Both the position numbers and the translations under genes were made by a program. Below the pieces are notes generated by a model, which saw nothing but the letters and a program-made list of their open reading frames with translations, had not been told where the DNA came from and searched no databases. Source: Candidatus Anstonellales archaeon (lineage in GTDB: Archaea; Micrarchaeota; Micrarchaeia; Anstonellales; J096). From it: DNA of 11,233 nucleotides. The DNA lies in NCBI GenBank assembly GCA_038740615.1, contig JAVYLQ010000018.1, positions 1 through 11,233 of the forward strand, given 5' to 3'. Below, in pieces: positions 5,263 through 11,233 of this stretch (positions within the stretch are counted from its first letter, which is position 1; each line of letters opens with the position of its first letter).

Positions 5263-7311
5263 ATGCTACTACATATAGATGACAAATACGATAGAAACAA
5301 TATCTACTTGTTCTATAGAGATCATTATGAAGTGATAAACAAAGATGCATATAGATACTCTTTCAATAGGGGAAATGAACTGAAAAAGATCTGGAAGAGA
5401 ATGGAAATGGTGGATTTGGTAAGAGTTCCAGATGGAGAGTTTGAAAAATCATTAACTCCAAAAACTAGGTTTATAAATGATAATCGAATGTATCCAGAAT
5501 ACAGATTATCTAATCTAACCAGTATGTCTTTTGATATTGAAACGTATAATCGAGAAGGGTTTCCTGATCCAGATAAGGACAGGATAGTTAGTATAGCATA
5601 TGTGTATGAGGGGAATGTAGAGGTAATAGCTGAAGATGATGAGCAGGATACAATCACGTCTTTCTTGAATGCAGTTAGAGCATATGACCCAGATATAATA
5701 GTAGGATATAACCTAGAGAGATTTGATCTTCCCTATCTAGCTAATAGAGCTAAAAAGTTAGGGATAGATTTCAATATAGCTAGGTATGGATTACCCACCA
5801 GAGATCCGATCAACATACCTGGAAGAATTGTGTTTGACGTATATAGATTAGCGATTCTTCTGAGTAGATTTGGGATACTAGATTTAGATGACTTCAGTCT
5901 ATCTCATGTATACTATAAAATATTTGGGGAGAAGAAATTTGAAATAGATAAGGATATGGTCTGGCATCTTTGGGAAAATGATCGAGATAAGTTATTAGAA
6001 TATAATAAGAGTGATGCCATAGCTATAGATAGGATCTACAGGAGATTTTTACCTCTGATGTTAGAACTATCTAATCTATCTAGAATGTATCTACAAGATC
6101 TGATCAGAGGATATTCAAGTAAAATAGTTGATAACCTCATTGTATCTGAAGGGTATTCTAAATACATCATTCCAGATATCTACCAAGAACATGAAGAGGA
6201 GAGTTACGAGGGAGGTTATGTTAAGATGCCTAAGCCTGGATTATATGAGAATATAGCTGTTCTAGATTTTGCAAGTATGTATCCTTCTATTATAATAGCT
6301 AATAACATAGATTACTATACTCATTTAGGGGATAAAGATTTTCTGAGCGAACCTTTAGGACTCATTCCAACTACTCTAAAGAGAATTGTTGATGAACGTA
6401 TGAAGATAAAGAATCTAATCAAACAACAACAGGATAGATCTCTGGAAATAAAATCTCAAGCCCTGAAAATAATTGCAAATTCATTCTATGGTTATATGGC
6501 TTATCGTAGATCTAGATTCTACCTCAAGGAAGCCGCAGAGAAGGTTACTGAGATAGGTAGAAATATAATTCTGCAAGTTATAGATATGGCTCAAAGTGCA
6601 GGGATGGATGTTATATACGCAGACACTGATTCAATATTTATTATATACAGTACTAAGGAGAAAGTGTTAGAATTTGTGGATATGGTAAACTCAACTTTTC
6701 CTACTATGAAAATGGAGATCGAAGGATTCTATAAGAGAGGTATATTTGTGAGTAAGCGAAGTGACGATACTGGTGCAAAGAAGAAATATGCTCTAATAAG
6801 AGAAGATGGGAATATAAAAATACGTGGATTCGAATTGGTTAGGAGAGATTGGTGCGAATTGGCAAGAGAATTACAAGAGGAAGTACTAACTAGGATCTTG
6901 AGAGATGGTGATGTGGAAGGTGCGGTTAAGAGAGTTAGAGAAACAATTGAGACTCTAAAATATGGGAAAGTAGACCCTCAGAAGCTTGTTATATATACGA
7001 AGCTATCTAAAGATATAGATGATTATAAAAATGTTATGCCAGAATTGGTTGCAGCTAAGAAGCTTATGGCTTTAGGGTGGGATAAGAGAAGATTATCTGG
7101 AGCAGTTATAAAATACATCATAAGTGCTGGATCTGGAAACATAGCAAGTAGAGCAGAACCTGTAGAGATATTTATAAAAAACAATCTGAAATATGATCCG
7201 GATTACTACATAGATCATCAGATACTACCCGCAGTATTGAAGATAATGTCTTCATTAGGTTATGATGAACAGAGATTAAAAAGTAATCTTAAACAGAATA
7301 CATTAATATGA
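5263..7311 (+). CDS. polB: Family B DNA polymerase (archaeal PolB3-like), compact at 682 aa
   Basis: ExoI SFDIET, ExoII GYNLERFD, ExoIII YNKSD, YEGGYV, motif A LDFASMYPSII, motif B KIIANSFYGY, motif C YADTDS, KKKYAL, RGFELVRRDW and YDPDYYIDHQILP. All catalytic acidic residues are intact and there is no intein. Confidence 0.97.
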   Translation: MLLHIDDKYDRNNIYLFYRDHYEVINKDAYRYSFNRGNELKKIWKRMEMVDLVRVPDGEFEKSLTPKTRFINDNRMYPEYRLSNLTSMSFDIETYNREGFPDPDKDRIVSIAYVYEGNVEVIAEDDEQDTITSFLNAVRAYDPDIIVGYNLERFDLPYLANRAKKLGIDFNIARYGLPTRDPINIPGRIVFDVYRLAILLSRFGILDLDDFSLSHVYYKIFGEKKFEIDKDMVWHLWENDRDKLLEYNKSDAIAIDRIYRRFLPLMLELSNLSRMYLQDLIRGYSSKIVDNLIVSEGYSKYIIPDIYQEHEEESYEGGYVKMPKPGLYENIAVLDFASMYPSIIIANNIDYYTHLGDKDFLSEPLGLIPTTLKRIVDERMKIKNLIKQQQDRSLEIKSQALKIIANSFYGYMAYRRSRFYLKEAAEKVTEIGRNIILQVIDMAQSAGMDVIYADTDSIFIIYSTKEKVLEFVDMVNSTFPTMKMEIEGFYKRGIFVSKRSDDTGAKKKYALIREDGNIKIRGFELVRRDWCELARELQEEVLTRILRDGDVEGAVKRVRETIETLKYGKVDPQKLVIYTKLSKDIDDYKNVMPELVAAKKLMALGWDKRRLSGAVIKYIISAGSGNIASRAEPVEIFIKNNLKYDPDYYIDHQILPAVLKIMSSLGYDEQRLKSNLKQNTLI

Positions 7312-8333
7312 GATTCTTTACACACAAGAAATCAGTTAGTTTCAGATTAGATGTAGATACATTTTATGTGTATGAAATAGATAGTCGGGGGATTATAGTC
7401 GATGATAATTACAAGATTTCTGATCCAGGAGATCATAACATATACATACTAAAAAAATCTAATTGGGCTACTGATAATGCTATTATGGAGATAGCTAAAA
7501 ACAATAATCTAAGATTTAGAGATATTGGATTTGCTGGGATGAAAGATAAGAGAGCTACTACTTATCAACGTATCTCATCTCAAAAACCTCTTACCATCAA
7601 ACTGAAAGATATCTCTCTAATATTAGCAGGTAAGGGTAGTAGAATCTCTATGGGAGATCTTTGGGGAAATATGTTCAGAGTTTATACAGGAGCAGATACA
7701 GCTAAGATAGCACAGGGGATTAGAGATACTTCTGGGAAATTCATGAACTACTTTGGAAGTCAGAGATTTGGTAGAAATGGTATAAATCTGAGAGTAGGTA
7801 TAGCATTGCTACAAGGTAGGATGTCTGAAGCTTTGGACTTATATCTGTATGAACCCAGAGAGGGAAGTGATATAAGACAGAATGAATTTCCTAAATATCT
7901 TAAACATGAGAGAATGATATCTCAACTCAGATCCAAATACGATGATATTAGAGTGTGGAAGATGTTGCCTAGAAACTTCTCTCTGATGTTTATACATTCA
8001 GTACAATCATATATATTCAATCAAGAATTGGATATAAGGATTGATATGAATGATTATGCGGACAAATTGAATCTAGTTGGATGGGATACAGAACTAAATA
8101 AATATGAGAGAGATATATTAGATGGATTAAATATAGAGCAAGAGATGTTTAGAATGAAGAATCTTAGATTTCTGAATGCCAGAGGAAGTACCAGATCAAT
8201 GTTCGTTACTCCTAAAGATTTGAATATATATGATAGTTATATTGAATTTTCCCTCCCATCTGGTAGTTATGCCACTGTGTTCTTGGATCAGATGGTGGGA
8301 GATATGTATTTAAATCAATATATCTCTATATAA
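7308..8333 (+). CDS. truD: tRNA pseudouridine(13) synthase TruD/Pus7
   Basis: F.V.EI, GFAGMKDKRATTYQ (catalytic Asp in GxKD), GDLWGNMF, NYFGSQRFG, FIHSVQSYIFN and FSLPSGSYATVFL. Confidence 0.95.
   Translation: MRFFTHKKSVSFRLDVDTFYVYEIDSRGIIVDDNYKISDPGDHNIYILKKSNWATDNAIMEIAKNNNLRFRDIGFAGMKDKRATTYQRISSQKPLTIKLKDISLILAGKGSRISMGDLWGNMFRVYTGADTAKIAQGIRDTSGKFMNYFGSQRFGRNGINLRVGIALLQGRMSEALDLYLYEPREGSDIRQNEFPKYLKHERMISQLRSKYDDIRVWKMLPRNFSLMFIHSVQSYIFNQELDIRIDMNDYADKLNLVGWDTELNKYERDILDGLNIEQEMFRMKNLRFLNARGSTRSMFVTPKDLNIYDSYIEFSLPSGSYATVFLDQMVGDMYLNQYISI
8299..8315 (+). promoter_or_regulatory. Putative aIF2beta promoter (BRE/TATA) embedded in the 3' end of truD
   Basis: GAGATATGTATTTAAAT starts 39 nt before ATG 8338 and is nearly identical to the element before cdc6. 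Confidence 0.55.
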
Positions 8334-8337
8334 ATAG

Positions 8338-8742
8338 ATGAATGACAAATATGTTCAGATGTTAGACAATCTGTATTCTAAACTAGGTAATAAGAGATCT
8401 TCAGGAAACAGATTTGAGATTCCAAAAGTTGAAATAGTCTATCAAGGATCTATAACTATCTGGAAGAATTTTAATAGATTCGTAGAATTGTTTAGAAGAG
8501 ATAGAGATTTTATGATCAGATTTTTTAAGAGAGAATTGGGAGCTCCTATAGATGATAAAGGTGAGGAACTACTGATACATAGGAGAGTTCCCATACACAA
8601 TCTAGAGATCAAAGTTAATTCATTTTTTGAATTATACGTCAGATGTAATGAATGTAAGGGTCCAGATACACATATTGTAGAGAAGGATGGCCTAAAACTA
8701 TTGGTTTGTGAAATATGTGGTGCATCTAGGGTGATAAGATGA
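8338..8742 (+). CDS. eif2b: Translation initiation factor 2 beta subunit (aIF2beta)
   Basis: Y..MLD.LY..L, RFEIP, TI..NF, ELGA and C-terminal zinc ribbon YVRCNECKGPDT...CEICGA. Confidence 0.95.
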   Translation: MNDKYVQMLDNLYSKLGNKRSSGNRFEIPKVEIVYQGSITIWKNFNRFVELFRRDRDFMIRFFKRELGAPIDDKGEELLIHRRVPIHNLEIKVNSFFELYVRCNECKGPDTHIVEKDGLKLLVCEICGASRVIR

Positions 8743-9041
8743 AAGATCAGGAGTTTGATGCTAAAGATATAAGAATGCCGCAGAACGGAGAGTTATTCGC
8801 TGTGGTAATATCTGAAATGGGGGGAGCTAGAATGTTGTGTCACTGTCAAGATGGTAAAGAGAGAATATGCAGAATTCCCGGTAGAATGAAGAGTAAATTT
8901 TGGGTAAAAGAAGGAGATTTAGTATTGGTGAAACCGTGGGATGTGCAGGGTGATGAAAGAGGAGATATAGTTTGGCAATACAAAGCTATTGAAGTCCAAT
9001 ACCTAAAAGATAAGGGTGTTCTAGAGGGACTACCTATATGA
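8739..9041 (+). CDS. eif1a: Translation initiation factor 1A (aIF1A)
   Basis: RMP...E.FAVV...MGG.R...CQDGKERICRIPGRM....WVKEGDLVLVKPW....RGDIVWQY. SD GGTGA at 8730-8734 and ATGA overlap with eif2b. Confidence 0.96.
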   Translation: MKDQEFDAKDIRMPQNGELFAVVISEMGGARMLCHCQDGKERICRIPGRMKSKFWVKEGDLVLVKPWDVQGDERGDIVWQYKAIEVQYLKDKGVLEGLPI

Positions 9042-10402
9042 AGCTATATGATAGCTATGATAAAACTCTAAAGCCTTTTATACCAAACACTCCGAATAGA
9101 GTTATAATGTATGTATGTGGGTTAACTCCTTATGATGATGCACATCTCGGACATGCTAGAACTTATATATCTTTTGATATTCTCAAGAGATACCTAATAT
9201 CCAAAGGTTATGAAGTCTTTCACATTCAGAATATAACAGATATCGATGATAAGCTTATCAATAGAGCTAAGGAGACTGGTGAGGATCCTATAAGAATAGC
9301 CGATCACTATCATAACAGAGCTCTAGAACTGTTCAATGCTCTAAACATTATACCTGCAGATGTGTATCCAAAGGTGTCAGAACATCTATCTGAAATAGAA
9401 ACAATAGTACAGGCTCTAATGGATAAAGGTTATGCATATAGAACCAGAACTGGAATATACTTTGATATTTCTAAATTTGATAGATATGGTAAGCTATCCA
9501 ATCAATCCATACAAGAGATAGATAAGCATAGAATAGAGCCAGATCCCACTAAAAGAAATGTTAGTGATTTCGCTCTGTGGAAGTATACTGATGATTATAC
9601 CTGGGATTCTAAATTCGGAAGAGGGAGACCAGGGTGGCATATAGAGTGTAGCGCTATGGCTCTAAAGTACTCACAAGGAGCTACATTAGATATTCATGGT
9701 GGAGCTAGAGATCTAATATTCCCTCATCATGAGAATGAAATTGCACAGAGCGAATGTTACACAGGAAGGAAATTTGCTAATTTCTGGATACACACTGGAT
9801 TTCTAACTGTGAATGGGGAGAAAATGAGTAAGAGTCTGAAGAATTTTGTAACTATTAGAGATGTCCTATCTAGACATGATCCTATGGCTGTTAGGATGAT
9901 GTTTGCTAGTGTTAAATATTCAAGTCCAATTGACTATTCAGAGGAAGCTATACAACAAGCCTATCAAAATTACAACACTCTGGTACAGTTCTACAATAGA
10001 ATAAAGTCAACTGAGCCCTCTGATATAAACAATACAGATAATAAAAACTTTCTAGTGAATTCAATACGAGAGTTCTATAATAACATGGATAATGATCTGA
10101 ATACACCTGGAGCTATGGGCATTCTGTTTAGCATAATAAACTATTTCAATACTCATCCAGTTGATAGAATCTCTAAACATCTAATACTGAATTTCATAAA
10201 CCAAATATCATTCATATTTGGACTTGAGCTCAAAGATGATTCCAAAAAGAAGTTAGATAGATTGTTAGAATCTCTAGGTAATTACAGAGCTGAGCTTAGA
10301 AAAACCAAGAGATATGATGAATCAGATAGACTTAGGGAAGTGATACAGAAAGCTGATATAAAAGTATATGATAGGACTGATGGTAGTGAATATATCTATT
10401 GA
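9038..10402 (+). CDS. cysS: Cysteine--tRNA ligase
   Basis: MYVCGLTPYD..HLGH (HIGH), NITDIDDK, DFALWK, GRPGWHIECSAM, DIHGG..DLIFPHHENE, KMSKS, DDLNTP-like NDLNTP and C-terminal R..K.Y..SD.LR. Confidence 0.98.
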   Translation: MKLYDSYDKTLKPFIPNTPNRVIMYVCGLTPYDDAHLGHARTYISFDILKRYLISKGYEVFHIQNITDIDDKLINRAKETGEDPIRIADHYHNRALELFNALNIIPADVYPKVSEHLSEIETIVQALMDKGYAYRTRTGIYFDISKFDRYGKLSNQSIQEIDKHRIEPDPTKRNVSDFALWKYTDDYTWDSKFGRGRPGWHIECSAMALKYSQGATLDIHGGARDLIFPHHENEIAQSECYTGRKFANFWIHTGFLTVNGEKMSKSLKNFVTIRDVLSRHDPMAVRMMFASVKYSSPIDYSEEAIQQAYQNYNTLVQFYNRIKSTEPSDINNTDNKNFLVNSIREFYNNMDNDLNTPGAMGILFSIINYFNTHPVDRISKHLILNFINQISFIFGLELKDDSKKKLDRLLESLGNYRAELRKTKRYDESDRLREVIQKADIKVYDRTDGSEYIY

Positions 10403-10866
10403 CAGTATGTATTGTATAAACTTATCTCATCCATTTTTCTCATAACTGAGTACATAATTATCAAAAATGATATTGGTACTAAGAGAGATATAAAACTACC
10501 TAGAACAGATGATAATACTCCTGCACTAGCTATCATCGGAACAGTACAACCTAAACAGGATATACCAGAAGCTAGAGTTGCCGTTAAGGGAACAGATAAT
10601 TTAGCTCTTGTAGAGTTGCATGTGCTTAATATTATATATACCCCTATAGCTATTGGAATTATCAGTTGAAATATCATCCTGATAGGATCCTGGAGTAACA
10701 TGTAAATATGGAAATTCAATCTATCTATTAGCGATATATTCAACTGGAATGTGGTGATATAAGCTATTATAATATGATAAGCGATAAATATCATGATTAT
10801 AATCATCAAATACTTTGGTTTAGAGATTAGATTTGATATGATCTTTACATATTGTGAGTTCATCAT
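10396..10866 (-). CDS. Hypothetical integral membrane protein (about 4 hydrophobic segments) with a CxxC motif
   Basis: 156-aa ORF with several hydrophobic helices and SCLGC (10557-10546). It converges on cysS with a 7-nt overlap and has a TATA-like box upstream. Confidence 0.75.
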   Translation of the reverse strand: MMNSQYVKIISNLISKPKYLMIIIMIFIAYHIIIAYITTFQLNISLIDRLNFHIYMLLQDPIRMIFQLIIPIAIGVYIILSTCNSTRAKLSVPLTATLASGISCLGCTVPMIASAGVLSSVLGSFISLLVPISFLIIMYSVMRKMDEISLYNTYCQ

Positions 10867-10886
10867 TATAGTATATCTCTAAAAAA

Positions 10887-10904
10887 TATTTAAAAAATTA
10901 ATTT
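10887..10904 (-). promoter_or_regulatory. Putative TATA box for the CxxC membrane protein gene
   Basis: The minus strand reads AAATTAATTTTTTAAATA; the 16-mer starts 38 nt upstream of ATG 10866. Confidence 0.5.
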
Positions 10905-10935
10905 TTGTGAACAATATCATATCATAAATTCTATA

Positions 10936-11010
10936 CGGGCCTGGTGGGATTTGAACCCACGACCTACGGCTTAGAAGGCCGTCGCTCTATCCAAGCTGAG
11001 CTACAGGCCC
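10936..11010 (-). tRNA. trnR: tRNA-Arg, anticodon UCU; intronless, CCA not encoded
   Basis: The reverse complement folds as a full cloverleaf: GGGCCTG TA GCTC AGCTTGGATA GAGC G ACGGC CTTCTAA GCCGT AGGTC GTGGG TTCAAAT CCCAC CAGGCCC G (75 nt). It has the A20 Arg identity element and discriminator G, followed by TAT rather than CCA. Confidence 0.97.
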
Positions 11011-11035
11011 TGTTTCTATTTAGATACGGGATAAA

Positions 11036-11053
11036 TATTTAAAAACCTCACTA
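11036..11053 (-). promoter_or_regulatory. Putative tRNA promoter TATA box
   Basis: The minus strand reads TAGTGAGGTTTTTAAATA, with TTTAAATA at -33 to -26 relative to the mature tRNA 5' end. Confidence 0.6.
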
Positions 11054-11064
11054 AAATTCCTGGA

Positions 11065-11232
11065 CTATTTTCTAACTATTACCCACATCCCTTTAATCTC
11101 TACCTTATCCACTGGCAAATCTGTTACCACTATCCCATTTTCATCAGATTGGAATTCTTTATCCAGAATTCTCACTGTTACTCCCTTAACAGGTTTATTG
11201 AATAGATTCTTTAGTAATATCATATTCCTCTC
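11065..11232 (-). CDS. 3' end of a gene entering from the right edge (or a 52-aa ORF from ATG 11223); beta-rich, transthyretin/carboxypeptidase-regulatory-like segment
   Basis: Hand translation: ...ERNMILLKNLFNKPVKGVTVRILDKEFQSDENGIVVTDLPVDKVEIKGMWVIVRK* (TAG at 11067-11065). PV.GV.V.I.....SDENG.V resembles the 'P..GA.V......TD.NG' prealbumin-like fold signature. Confidence 0.55.
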   Translation of the reverse strand, partial: ERNMILLKNLFNKPVKGVTVRILDKEFQSDENGIVVTDLPVDKVEIKGMWVIVRK

Positions 11233-11233
11233 A

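Noticed and set aside
5153..5657. Minus-strand ORFs 5153-5350 and 5325-5657
   Set aside because: Antisense to the lipoprotein gene and polB, with no motifs.
5263..7311. polB as a viral, casposon or inactivated PolB2-type polymerase, or as split or intein-containing
   Set aside because: It is a single ORF with all catalytic motifs intact, no protein-priming insertions and no intein, in a cellular housekeeping context without cas1 or capsid genes.
10412..10669. 85-aa plus-strand ORF
   Set aside because: Lies wholly opposite the better-supported 156-aa membrane protein, which has its own TATA box.
10867..11010. tRNA as an integration site for a provirus or island
   Set aside because: No duplicate of the tRNA 3' end, no integrase and no compositional break in the window.
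350..11038. 11-bp inverted match ATATTTATCCC (350-360) / GGGATAAATAT (11028-11038)
   Set aside because: Short, AT-rich and 10.7 kb apart, flanking core housekeeping genes, with no transposase or target-site duplication; probably chance.
10739..11120. ORB-like strings TTCAACTGGAATG (10739) and TCCACTGGCAAAT (11108) as a replication origin
   Set aside because: Imperfect matches without a G-string, both inside probable coding sequence and about 6 kb from cdc6.
1..11233. CRISPR array, tandem repeats or alternative genetic code
   Set aside because: No regularly spaced repeats were seen. TGA, TAA and TAG all end genes at expected positions, consistent with the standard archaeal code.

Overview
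AT-rich, very densely packed archaeal housekeeping region. The compact proteins, overlapping genes and a Cys-repeat lipoprotein suggest a reduced-genome DPANN-type archaeon, possibly Micrarchaeota (inference). The left part is a minus-strand run: membrane-anchored HExxH metallopeptidase-like protein, stand-alone Bud32 kinase, two small membrane proteins, AlaX editing enzyme and the 5' end of a CDC48-family ATPase. It diverges from a plus-strand replication/translation run: rdgB, cdc6/orc1, Cys-rich lipoprotein, polB, truD, aIF2beta, aIF1A and cysS. The right end holds a CxxC membrane protein, an intronless tRNA-Arg(UCU) and the 3' end of another gene. I found no mobile element, CRISPR array or defence system, and no clearly novel system. 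The best leads are a miniaturised PolB whose PCNA-binding motif appears split across the polB/truD frame junction, a fixed-spacing promoter motif that includes one bidirectional TATA box, a peptidase plus two Glu5 pilin-like proteins around bud32, a Cdc6 with a divergent wing and no adjacent origin, and strong CTAG/TCTAGA enrichment.
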